A stretch of DNA of 30,533 nt, taken from positions 1 to 30,533 of the forward strand of contig JADFRO010000001.1 in assembly GCA_022561255.1 (NCBI GenBank), written 5' to 3'. This stretch comes from Planctomycetota bacterium. GTDB lineage: Bacteria > Planctomycetota > Phycisphaerae > UBA1845. Made by a program: the position numbers and the translations under genes. Below are positions 18,362-27,231 of this stretch, piece by piece (the first letter of the stretch is position 1; every line of letters begins with the position of its first letter). The notes below the pieces were generated by a model. That model did not search any database. It was not told the DNA's origin and saw only the letters and a list, made by a program, of their open reading frames with translations.

Positions 18362-18400
18362 AAGCGTCGGGTCGCTTAGCGGCTCGACGCTTTTCTTGTT
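18362..18400 (+). terminator. Probable Rho-independent terminator after xerC
   Basis: 14-bp stem AAGCGTCGGGTCGC / GCGGCTCGACGCTT (two G-U pairs) with a 3-nt loop, followed by TTCTTGTT, 27 nt after the xerC stop in a convergent intergenic gap. Confidence 0.7.
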
Positions 18401-18454
18401 GTGGGAGTAGCGAAGCGAACGGCCAAAGGGCGTGCCGGATGAGCGCTTCGACAA

Positions 18455-19861
18455 CTACTTTCCGATGCAGAAGTTTGCAAACACATGGCTCAGAAGGTCT
18501 TCGGTGGAGACGTCGCCGGTTACGCTTGCGAGTTCGTCGAGAGCCTCGCGAAGCTCGAACGCTACGAGATCGGCGCAGTCGATCATCTCGGTGGCGTTCT
18601 CGCTGAGCTTTCCAGCTCGCTGAAGCGCTACGCACGCAGCGTCGATCGCCCGCCGTTGTCGGTCGCTGAGCAGGACGACGTCCTGCGATGTCGTGCGCTC
18701 GATCCGTCCCAGTGCGTCAGCGATGGCGTCTCGCAGGTTTTCGATACCCGTACCCTCGGTCGCGCTGGTCGTGTGGACGGGGCCGAGTCGAAGGGCTTCG
18801 AGACGCTCCACGTTCCTCGCGGCATCCGTGGCCCCGAGCAGGTCGCACTTGTTTGCGACCACAAGGGTCGTTGGCACATCGAGGGAGCGCACGGTCGCGG
18901 CGAGGGCGTCGAGCTTGCGGTCCGTCAGGTCGATAACGACGCAAACCAAATCCACCCGCTCTGCCGCTGACAGCGTCAACGCTCTCGCCTGAGCGATGAT
19001 GTCGTCGGGTGATTGATCCACGCCGGCGGAGTCCATCAGAAGTGCCTCGCCTCGGCCGATGCGGATGCTGGCGGTCAGTATGTCACGCGTTGTGCCCGCC
19101 GCAGCCTCACAGATCGCGCGGCGCGTCTCGCTCAATCGATTCATCAATGAACTCTTGCCGGCGTTGGGACGTCCGAGAAGCAGTACGTGCGGAAGCTGCT
19201 CGAAGCGTTCCACCGATTGCGAAGTGCGAAGTGACTCCTTTAGCTTGTTCGTGACGGACCCAATGCGGTCGCGCAGCGCCCGTGGTGTGATGAACTCAAT
19301 CGGTTCTTCCGAGAAATCGATGTCGGCCTCGACAAGAGCAAGACACTCCGCGAGTTCGTCCCGCAAGTCCACCGTTTGTCTTGCGAGCCGTCCGTCCATC
19401 AAACGGCGGGCGGCGCGCAGCTGTGTATCGGACTGTGCACGGATCAACCCCGCCACCGCCTCCGCTTTGGTGAGGTCCATCGCTCCGTTGAAAAACGCTC
19501 GGGCAGTGAACTCGCCCGCCTCGGCGAGGACCGCTCCGGCGGCTTGTGCGCGTCCCAGAAGCATTTCGAGTGCGGGTGGCGAACCGATCGTCTGTATTTC
19601 CACAATGTCCTCGCGCGTGTAGCTATGCGGCGCACGGAACAAGTAGATCGAGGCAGGTAGTCGCAGGTCGTCATCGATGACCACATCGCCCGATAACCGC
19701 GTCGCTCCGGGCACGGCTGAAATGGGAGTGGCGGTGCACGTCCGGACGATCTTCCGGGCAATGGAGAGGGCACAGGGGCCGCTAAGGCGAACGATGCCTA
19801 CGGCCCCGCGGCCTGGGGCGGAAGAAACCGCCACGATGGTTTCGTTTGTGCGCTCGAGCAT
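18455..19861 (-). CDS. mnmE: tRNA modification GTPase MnmE (TrmE)
   Basis: TIVAVSSAPGRGAVGIVRLSG, FRAPHSYTREDIVE, AGEFTARAFFNG.MDLTKAEAV, G1 GRPNAGKSS, G2 GTTRD, G3 DSAG, G4 NKCD, C-terminal FANFCIGK. Confidence 0.96.
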   Translation of the reverse strand: MLERTNETIVAVSSAPGRGAVGIVRLSGPCALSIARKIVRTCTATPISAVPGATRLSGDVVIDDDLRLPASIYLFRAPHSYTREDIVEIQTIGSPPALEMLLGRAQAAGAVLAEAGEFTARAFFNGAMDLTKAEAVAGLIRAQSDTQLRAARRLMDGRLARQTVDLRDELAECLALVEADIDFSEEPIEFITPRALRDRIGSVTNKLKESLRTSQSVERFEQLPHVLLLGRPNAGKSSLMNRLSETRRAICEAAAGTTRDILTASIRIGRGEALLMDSAGVDQSPDDIIAQARALTLSAAERVDLVCVVIDLTDRKLDALAATVRSLDVPTTLVVANKCDLLGATDAARNVERLEALRLGPVHTTSATEGTGIENLRDAIADALGRIERTTSQDVVLLSDRQRRAIDAACVALQRAGKLSENATEMIDCADLVAFELREALDELASVTGDVSTEDLLSHVFANFCIGK

Positions 19862-20195
19862 GGCGCCGTCCGGTAACCGAGTTCCCCGCCTGACGTTGTT
19901 GCATCGTCACATCTGTTGGCACTTTGGTCAAAGGCGTCCGGTTGTCCGGGCGCGCGAGCAGTGGTGAACGCTGCGCGCGTTCCAGACGGGCGAATAAGAC
20001 GGAAACGCCAAAAAGCGGACCAACCGCTGCAAGAAAAAACTTGACTTTTATCCGTGTTGTGAAGCCGCCAATGATGATTTCACCCAAAAGCGGCTCAGAA
20101 GTTTGCGGCTGTTTTTTTTATATTCTACCGTTCGGGCGAGTACCAGAACCTGTTTTCCAGTACCCAAAAGAAGGTGCGAACTAAGGGCTTCAATT

Positions 20196-21662
20196 ATGGC
20201 ACTGACCATCACGAACACGAACACGATTATGCTGCTGAACATTCTGAACCGCCACACCGCAGCCCAGGCGAACACGATCCGCCAGCTCTCCACGGGTAAA
20301 CGGATCAACAGCGGAAAGGATGATCCAGCCGGTCTCATCGCCCTGCAAAACCTAAACGCCGAGCTGACGGCGGTGAACGCTTCGCTGATCAACAACCAGC
20401 GGACGGACTCGATGTTGACCGTGGCGGACGCCGCGATCGGCGAGTTGAGCAAACTGCTCAACGAGATTGAGACGCTCGTGGTCAGCTCGACCAGCAGCGC
20501 CAATCTCACCAATTCGGAGATTGCCGCCAACCAGGCGCAGATTGACGACGCATTGACGGCGATCGACCGTATCGTGAACACCACGAACTTCAACGGCAAG
20601 AGGCTTCTGGACGGTAGCTTCTCGATTCAGACCGTCGGTGTCAGCACTCAATTCATCGACAGCCTGCGGGTCTTTTCGCGGAGTCAGGTGACCACCGATA
20701 CGGCGCTCACCGTGACGCGAGTCGCTTCCGCGCAGCTCGCGTCAGCGACCTTCGCATTTGCGGGCGGTACGGCCAGAACGTCCGGCACGACCCAAATCGC
20801 CATCACCGGAACGCTGGGTACGGCGACGGTGACGCTGACCAGTGGATTGACCCAGGCGCAGATCGTTTCGACGATCAACGCGGCCAAGAGCCAAACAGGC
20901 GTTTCGGCGATCCAGAACAGCACCAACATAAAACTCAACTCGACAACCTACGGCACAGATGCGTTCACAAGCGTGCAGGTGCTTTCCGGAGGGACGATCA
21001 ACGCGACCTACGGCACATCGACCGGTGATGGCAACACGGCAAACGATATGTCGAACGTGTCCAAGCAGGCGGGCATCGACGCCAACATGACCATCAACGG
21101 ACAGGCGACCGGTGCGGACGGGTTGGACATCACGTATAGTGCAAACGGACTGAGCCTGGAGTTTACCCTCGACAGCGATTTTGGCAGCGGAAACTCCGGC
21201 GCGACGACCACCACCGTCTTTACCGTCAGGGCGGCGGGTGGCGCGACATTCCAGCTCGGCACGACCACCAGAACGCGGGCAACAATCGGTCTCGACTCGC
21301 TGGCGTCCTACAACCTCGGTGGTGGTAACGGCACGGCGAAGCTCAGCGAGCTCAAGGCCGGCGGCGCTGTGGATCTCAAGACGGACGCGGGTGGTGCGCT
21401 AAGCGCCGTTCGTGAGGCGATTGCCGAGGTGGCCAGCACCCGAGGCCGAATCGGTGGATTCCAGAGGTTCCAGGTTGGAAGTGCGATTTCCTCGCTTCAG
21501 TCGGCGCAGAAAGGTCTGACCGAAGCAACCAGTTTGATCGGCGACACGGACTTCGCAATCGCAACCGCCAGACTCAACCAGGAGACCGTGCTCATCCAGG
21601 CGGCGATACAGCTACTCGGCGTCGCCAACCAGACGGGTTTACAGATCCTGTCACTGCTCTAA
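20196..21662 (+). CDS. fliC: Flagellin (divergent, 488 aa)
   Basis: LSTGKRINSGKDDPAGL, IDRIVNTTNFNGKRLLDG, C-terminal RGRIGGFQ...DTDFA...ILSLL, with a Thr/Gly/Ser-rich variable middle. Start set at ATG 20196. Confidence 0.9.
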   Translation: MALTITNTNTIMLLNILNRHTAAQANTIRQLSTGKRINSGKDDPAGLIALQNLNAELTAVNASLINNQRTDSMLTVADAAIGELSKLLNEIETLVVSSTSSANLTNSEIAANQAQIDDALTAIDRIVNTTNFNGKRLLDGSFSIQTVGVSTQFIDSLRVFSRSQVTTDTALTVTRVASAQLASATFAFAGGTARTSGTTQIAITGTLGTATVTLTSGLTQAQIVSTINAAKSQTGVSAIQNSTNIKLNSTTYGTDAFTSVQVLSGGTINATYGTSTGDGNTANDMSNVSKQAGIDANMTINGQATGADGLDITYSANGLSLEFTLDSDFGSGNSGATTTTVFTVRAAGGATFQLGTTTRTRATIGLDSLASYNLGGGNGTAKLSELKAGGAVDLKTDAGGALSAVREAIAEVASTRGRIGGFQRFQVGSAISSLQSAQKGLTEATSLIGDTDFAIATARLNQETVLIQAAIQLLGVANQTGLQILSLL

Positions 21663-21862
21663 CGGCCGTCAAATCGGTTCAGATCAAAAAGGAGCCGAGC
21701 GCGCTTGGGGGAGCCGCTCGTCGACGGGGTACCGCGACGGGTCGAGGGGAAAGCCTTCGGCCCGTTGTGCGTTACCAGTAGCGTCTGGGGGGTATCTCCA
21801 CCGTTCGCCATTTCGCGTTTGTTCTTGAGTCGGCTCGCTCAACGTCCGATCACTCAATATGT

Positions 21863-22627
21863 ATGTGCGCGTGCGAACCAATCCGTGGCTACGACTCCGA
21901 GGTCCGACACTTCGACGAGCTTGTTGTACAGACCGGCGAGAGCTGGTGGGGCCACCGCACGCCGGCCGGCATCCGCCGCCTCGCTCGAAGAGCACGCTTG
22001 CTGACCGATGGGATTCAACTCTCTTCAAGCGATCGGGTTCTGGAGATTGCGGCCGGTGCGGGAGCATTTACGGAGACTGTGTTGCGCCGCGTACCGCAAG
22101 CTCACATCGTCGCGACAGATATCTCCGGCGCATCGATAGATTACCTAGCCTCGCGCTTGCGTGAGTATCCGAATCTCGAACCCCGCCTCGCTGACATCAC
22201 ACGCTTGGAGTTCGAGGATGAAGTCTTCGACGCGGCGATCGGCAACTCAGCTCTTCATCACGTTGATACGCAACTCTGTCTGAAAGAGCTGTTCCGTGTG
22301 CTTCGACCCGGCGGACGTCTACTGATCTTTGAGCCCAATCTGCTCAACCCGGAAGTGCTATTGGAATCAACTGTAGCGCGCCGCCTTGCCGTTCGGTCGC
22401 TCGAATACTCGGTCGAGGAGCAAACGCACACACGCTGGCGTTACCGCTCGATGTTGCGGCGCGCCGGATTCGTGCAAGTGTCCGTACGTCCTTTTGACTT
22501 TCTGCATCCCAAGACACCGCGATTTCTTCTCGGCACGGTTGTGAACGTAGGACGCGTTCTCGAATGTTTTCCAATACTCCGCGAGATATCGGGTTCACTG
22601 CTTCTGGCGGCGCGCCGTCCCGCCTGA
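21863..22627 (+). CDS. Class I SAM-dependent methyltransferase
   Basis: Motif I-like VLEIAAGAG, ATDIS, ADITRLEFEDEVFDAAIG, LHHV, LFRVLRPGGRLLIFEPN. Confidence 0.85.
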   Translation: MCACEPIRGYDSEVRHFDELVVQTGESWWGHRTPAGIRRLARRARLLTDGIQLSSSDRVLEIAAGAGAFTETVLRRVPQAHIVATDISGASIDYLASRLREYPNLEPRLADITRLEFEDEVFDAAIGNSALHHVDTQLCLKELFRVLRPGGRLLIFEPNLLNPEVLLESTVARRLAVRSLEYSVEEQTHTRWRYRSMLRRAGFVQVSVRPFDFLHPKTPRFLLGTVVNVGRVLECFPILREISGSLLLAARRPA

Positions 22628-22647
22628 ACCGCTCTTGCAGCATCCTG

Positions 22648-25437
22648 CTAGGGCGCCGAATCACGGCGGCGGCGGTTTTCTCTTAGCAACTGATCAAACT
22701 CCTCAGCGAAGCGCCGTCCCCCCATTTCAGGGTGCAAGAACTTCTGCTGTTCGATCACTTTAATGATTCCGTCCGGTGGATGCTGCAACTGGGTTCGGCA
22801 GCGCAGGTCGAGAAGCAGTGCTTGCCAACGTACTTCCAGCTCGGTGGACAGAGTCGTGGCGAGTCGATTGAAGGTCGGAAGCGCCTCTTGAAGTTTTCCC
22901 TGTTTCATCTTGGCGTCTGCGAGGCCAAAAACCGCTCGCAGTTCGAGTAAACTGGGCGGCGGAGCGTCCAACCCGTCAGCGTCGACGAGCGGTGCGAACA
23001 TCGCTTCCGCAACATCGAATCGTCCGACCAGAAGGTTCGCCTCCGCCAATTGGATGGCCAACCCGCGTGTATGTTCGATGGACAGGGAATGTGGATACTG
23101 ACGTGACCAACGCTCAAGTTGCTCAGCGAGAACCAATGCGGTTTTCGCCTTGCGAGCGGCGGCGCCCGTATCGCCGGCGGAGAGGAGCCTTTCCCACTCA
23201 CTGAGGGTCGCGTCGTATAGTGATTGAAGTGTTTGACCGGCACCTTCGGGATCCGCTGTGACGTAGGCCGAGATCGCATCTGTGGCTTCGTCTAGTTGTC
23301 CCATCGCTTCATGCGCAAGGAGCCTGATCCGCCAGAGCTTACCCTGTAGATCCGGCGTATCGGGGTAACGGGTCTCAAAGTTCGTGAGTCGCCGCAAGGC
23401 GATAGCCGGCCGATTGATAAGAGGAAGGATGTCGACGTCGGCAACGGCGAGCAGGCCGTCCGCGAGAAGTCGTTGTACGGCTTGCTTTTGTATGCCGTCA
23501 ACCTCGCGAGCCCTCTCGGCGATTCGCATCAAATCGCGGTAGGCAGAGAGTACGGCGTCCACATTTTCCGTGAAGCCTGCGTCGCGGGTTCGTGCAGGCG
23601 CTTGCTCCTTGACCACACGCACGAGCGAGAGCAGCCGGAGGTGCGCACCGCTCAGATAGTGCTCGTGGCCGGGGTCGACCTGGGCGTATTCGGCGGCGGC
23701 TTGTGCGTATTCCCCCCGGTGGCTGAGTAGTTGAGCGTAATAGAACCGCCAGTACGTAGCCTCCTCCGAGTTCGGGTGGTGGTGAAGCAGCGTTCGCAAC
23801 GCGTCCGCGTAGAATTCGCCGACGTCACCAGCCGGATCACCCACATCTTGGGGGTTATCCTCAGAAGTATACGCCGTTGCGGCGAGTTGAACGGCGAGCG
23901 TGGCTGCTTCCAGAGCATCGGGCGATTCGCCGTGGGCGCGGGCAATTTCGAGGAAACACTTCGCAGCACGCACGACTTCGCCCCGGCGATAGTGGGTCAC
24001 TCCGAGTTGTCGAAGAATCTCCGGTGCGAAGGCTCGCGTCGTGTCGTCGAGTCCGGCGAGGAATTTTTCACCGGTTGCGACGGCGCGATCGAGAAGGCTG
24101 GCCGTTTCGGTATCGTCGACCGACTCCTGGGAGAGCAGAGAGGCCAGTCGTGCCGCCAAGTCGACGGGGTCAAGCTGCTCGATGGGCGTATCCCGCGGTA
24201 TCGTTCGATTGAGCGCCGCGTAGAGTTCGTCGCGGCGGCCGGCGTACTCGACGATAAGTTGAGCAAGCGCCTGCCAGGCGTCGCTGCGATAGGTAGCGGC
24301 ATCGACGGACAGTCCGGCCTTCTCCGCGGCGTCGGCGTGTGCGCGGTTCAGCGACCGTTCGAGTATAGCCGCCACCATCGCAACGCCGAACGCATCGACC
24401 TGATCCTGTTCCGCAACGCCGCTGAGTTTTCGCAATCGCTCTATACCTGCGGCTGCAGCCTTCCACCGTCGAGCGTCCCGGTCGTTTCGAATTCCTTCGA
24501 TCTCCGCCAGGGTGACCGCCCACGCCACGCCGCGACGTTCGGTCGGATCGGTCAATCGACTGGCGAGTATGCGCGTATGGTCGAGAAATTCCCTTGCTTT
24601 GTGGTGGTCGTTGAGGCGCCGGAAGCTCATGCCCGCCAGTAGCGTGGCGGGAATCTGCACGCGGCTTTGCTCGTGCGGTGTCTTGAGGATCGTAGGTTTG
24701 TCGGTGAACGTTGTGAGGATTTCGTTAAGCTGTCGGGCGAGCGCCGGATCGTCGGGCTCGCGATGGAGGCAGTCATAGAAAAGCGTCCAGAGCAGGAGGT
24801 AATCGGCGTTGGGCGCAATCTCATCGAGCTGATCGAGGTAGCCCGTTCCCTCGATCCGTCCGAACTGAGATGTGGACAGTTGATCGATACGCACGTACTC
24901 GTCTGCGATGCGCTGGATCAAGGATCGAACCACATCGATCGCCTGCGCGGAGATGGGGGCGAGGCGCTGACGGTCATCGTCGTTTCCGCCGCTGTAGAGA
25001 ATGTTCGTAGCATACGTCTCCGCCTGCTTATAGAGGATCGAGTGGCCGAGCGTGAACAGCCAGTCGAAACGGCGCACGTCGTCCGGGTTCTGCTCGACGA
25101 GTTGCACTAAGATTTCGTTGGCCTGGACGATCGCGCGCCGTCGCTCCTCGACGGGCTTGGTGCCGTCGTCGAACGTCGCGAGTTTCACTTCGCGCGTCAT
25201 GAGCATTACGTCGATCGGGCTCTCGGGAGGGAATTCCTTCAGATGTAGTTCGAGTAGCTCATGGAGTCCGCGCTTTTTCAGACCTTCGCGAAACAGTGCG
25301 GTGCTCAGGCGGGTCTCTTCCGCGGGTCTACCGGGCGTGACTTCGGAGTTCGCGCGCACCGAATCCTGGGCACGCGCGGCGCCCGCGAAGATCAGAGGGA
25401 GGAGCATCAGCGTGACGTTAAGGTTCAGCGAAGGCAA
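22648..25437 (-). CDS. Large exported TPR/alpha-solenoid protein (~920-930 aa)
   Basis: Signal-peptide-like LMLLPLIFAGAARA|QD, then a helical Ala/Leu-rich body with TPR-like units (LGVTHYRRGEVVRAAKCF, YAQLLSHRGEYAQAAAEY, LADAKMKQGKLQEALPTF). Start is TTG 25437 or ATG 25407; the ORF-track start at 25656 lies well inside the exbD gene. Confidence 0.8.
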   Translation of the reverse strand: MPSLNLNVTLMLLPLIFAGAARAQDSVRANSEVTPGRPAEETRLSTALFREGLKKRGLHELLELHLKEFPPESPIDVMLMTREVKLATFDDGTKPVEERRRAIVQANEILVQLVEQNPDDVRRFDWLFTLGHSILYKQAETYATNILYSGGNDDDRQRLAPISAQAIDVVRSLIQRIADEYVRIDQLSTSQFGRIEGTGYLDQLDEIAPNADYLLLWTLFYDCLHREPDDPALARQLNEILTTFTDKPTILKTPHEQSRVQIPATLLAGMSFRRLNDHHKAREFLDHTRILASRLTDPTERRGVAWAVTLAEIEGIRNDRDARRWKAAAAGIERLRKLSGVAEQDQVDAFGVAMVAAILERSLNRAHADAAEKAGLSVDAATYRSDAWQALAQLIVEYAGRRDELYAALNRTIPRDTPIEQLDPVDLAARLASLLSQESVDDTETASLLDRAVATGEKFLAGLDDTTRAFAPEILRQLGVTHYRRGEVVRAAKCFLEIARAHGESPDALEAATLAVQLAATAYTSEDNPQDVGDPAGDVGEFYADALRTLLHHHPNSEEATYWRFYYAQLLSHRGEYAQAAAEYAQVDPGHEHYLSGAHLRLLSLVRVVKEQAPARTRDAGFTENVDAVLSAYRDLMRIAERAREVDGIQKQAVQRLLADGLLAVADVDILPLINRPAIALRRLTNFETRYPDTPDLQGKLWRIRLLAHEAMGQLDEATDAISAYVTADPEGAGQTLQSLYDATLSEWERLLSAGDTGAAARKAKTALVLAEQLERWSRQYPHSLSIEHTRGLAIQLAEANLLVGRFDVAEAMFAPLVDADGLDAPPPSLLELRAVFGLADAKMKQGKLQEALPTFNRLATTLSTELEVRWQALLLDLRCRTQLQHPPDGIIKVIEQQKFLHPEMGGRRFAEEFDQLLRENRRRRDSAP

Positions 25438-25918
25438 TGTTCTTGCACCCGGCGCGTAGCGCAGCGTTCCAGCAGCCCACGACGTGATCCCATCGAACCT
25501 CGGCCTCCGACACGATGACCACCGGCGTTTCGACGTCGAAGCCCGGCTGTTGCTGAATCCGTCGGAGGAAATCGGGCAACTCGGCGATGGTGCGCGGGGC
25601 GGGCTGAAACCGGTCGACCTGAATCGCGAAATCGTCGAATGACGGTCCTGTCCCAACCAGACGAATCACGATCGGGCTGAACGGTAACGCGACCGCGCTT
25701 CCCGTCTGCGGCATTTCGGCGGCGAGAATTCCCTCCGGTCGCTCGAATGTACTGGTGACAATAACGAAGCTGAACAACAGGAACGTCATGTCGATCATCG
25801 GAGCCATGTTCAAGACGATCGCACGTCTGCCCGACCTGGTTCGGCGTTTGGTCCGGCGCGACCTCGCCCGGTCGGACCTGTCACGTTTTCCGGCGCCGTT
25901 TCCGCTGGGTTCAACCAT
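25418..25918 (-). CDS. exbD: ExbD/TolR-family protein (paralog 2)
   Basis: Basic N-terminus, TM with the conserved Asp LNMAPMIDMTFLLFSFVIV, and a C-terminal periplasmic domain ending AGCKNIAF. Confidence 0.87.
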   Translation of the reverse strand: MVEPSGNGAGKRDRSDRARSRRTKRRTRSGRRAIVLNMAPMIDMTFLLFSFVIVTSTFERPEGILAAEMPQTGSAVALPFSPIVIRLVGTGPSFDDFAIQVDRFQPAPRTIAELPDFLRRIQQQPGFDVETPVVIVSEAEVRWDHVVGCWNAALRAGCKNIAFAEP

Positions 25919-25919
25919 G

Positions 25920-26378
25920 CTACGGTGTCTCCCCGACGTGAGCGACGATGTTTAACATCTTGATGTCATTGTCCGCCACAACTCGCATGGCAGCCCGAAC
26001 GTCGGCGTAGGGCAGCCGCCGGTCCGCTCGTACGACCGCCTCGAGGTTGACCGATTCTCTTTTCATCGCCGCGAGACGCTCTGCGATCACGTGCAACGGT
26101 TCCGGCGCGTTGGGGCCCAGGCTGTAGAGCGCGCCGGCGGTCGAAGATGCACCCGAGCCGGGTATTCGGCAATTGATGACGACACGTTCCGGCATCCTCG
26201 CGAGCTGAGCCTTGCTTTCGTCCGGCTTGGGTAATTCCATACGCACCTGCTCCGCCGAGGACAAGTGACACACCAACATGAAGAAGATCGTTAGAATAAA
26301 CATCATGTCGAACATGGGCGTGGCGTTAAAGGCCATGACTTTCGCTGGCAATCGGCGATGGTGGCGTGTGTGTCGCAT
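25920..26378 (-). CDS. exbD: ExbD/TolR-family protein (paralog 1)
   Basis: FNATPMFDMMFILTIFFML TM with the conserved Asp; ELPKP; VVRADRRLPYADV C-terminal motif. Confidence 0.9.
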   Translation of the reverse strand: MRHTRHHRRLPAKVMAFNATPMFDMMFILTIFFMLVCHLSSAEQVRMELPKPDESKAQLARMPERVVINCRIPGSGASSTAGALYSLGPNAPEPLHVIAERLAAMKRESVNLEAVVRADRRLPYADVRAAMRVVADNDIKMLNIVAHVGETP

Positions 26379-26398
26379 CTTAGTTCACGTCTCGCCGT

Positions 26399-27178
26399 TC
26401 AAACGGATGCTTGCGGTGTCGTCTCGGCGGACCCCTGCCCCGGCTCTTCCCCGCTGCCCGGTGCGAACACCGACAACATTCGGTCAGCCGTCAGGGCGCA
26501 CTCGGCTGTCAACACGTCGATTCGGTTTCTAAACAGGGCATAGATGCTCAGCGACGGAATCGCGACGGCGAGCCCCCAGAACGTTGTGATCAGCGCCACG
26601 GCCATCCGATCGGCAACGATGCGCGCACCGGGAAGTCCGTCGGCGGCGTGAATCTCCGCGAACAACAGGATCATGCCATAAACCGTGCCGAACAGCCCGA
26701 TCATCGGTGAAACGTTCCCGATGACGTTGAGGTATTCGATCTTGCGAAAGAACCCGGCGGATCGTTCGTCGAGTGCATCCTCAACCGCACGCTCCATCGC
26801 GTCGTATCCGTTGGACGCTTCGAGAAGACCTGTGTTGAGGATGTACCCCATCATGCTGGGGTCGTCCGCGGTGAACTGGATGGCTTCGAGGTATTTCTTG
26901 CCGTGAATCAACTCGCGCGTGTGTTCAATCGCCTCCGCCGGCACGATCGTCGCACGGCGAATCGAAAGGCCATGCTCGATCGTCAGCGCCAACATTACGA
27001 CCGACAAAACGATCAACAGGTACGCGATCCAGCCGCCCTTAACCACGAAAAAGTCGAAGTACTTCAGCCCTTCGACGGTCCCGCCGTCCGCATCGCTTTG
27101 CGACCACACCTGGGATGTGGACAGAAACAACACCACCAGAACCATCACGGCGATCATACCGACGAGTCGTGTACGCAC
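26399..27178 (-). CDS. exbB: MotA/TolQ/ExbB proton-channel protein
   Basis: GGWIAYLLIVLSVV, YLNVIGNVSPMIGLFGTVYGMI, ALITTFWGLAVAIP..Y..F. GTG start with AGGAGAAGG upstream. N-terminal signal-peptide-like segment. Confidence 0.93.
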   Translation of the reverse strand: MRTRLVGMIAVMVLVVLFLSTSQVWSQSDADGGTVEGLKYFDFFVVKGGWIAYLLIVLSVVMLALTIEHGLSIRRATIVPAEAIEHTRELIHGKKYLEAIQFTADDPSMMGYILNTGLLEASNGYDAMERAVEDALDERSAGFFRKIEYLNVIGNVSPMIGLFGTVYGMILLFAEIHAADGLPGARIVADRMAVALITTFWGLAVAIPSLSIYALFRNRIDVLTAECALTADRMLSVFAPGSGEEPGQGSAETTPQASV

Positions 27179-27231
27179 GGCCTTCTCCTATTTGACGTCG
27201 TGTCCTGGCGTCCGATCCGGGGCGGTGCCTC

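Noticed and set aside
18371-18384. Shared TCGC-yTA-GCG apex in the xerC terminator and the uvrA hairpin as a REP-like repeat or operator
   Set aside because: Only two short instances with different flanks; compatible with chance.
19862-20195. oriC or DnaA boxes near mnmE, and a defined fliC promoter
   Set aside because: No TTATCCACA-type boxes (nearest is TTATCCGTG). TTGACT at 20041 has no properly spaced -10, and the sigma-28 match is poor.
26399-27178. Flagellar stator MotA (given the nearby flagellin)
   Set aside because: The partners are ExbD/TolR-type with no OmpA-like peptidoglycan-binding domain, and the large MotA cytoplasmic loop is absent.
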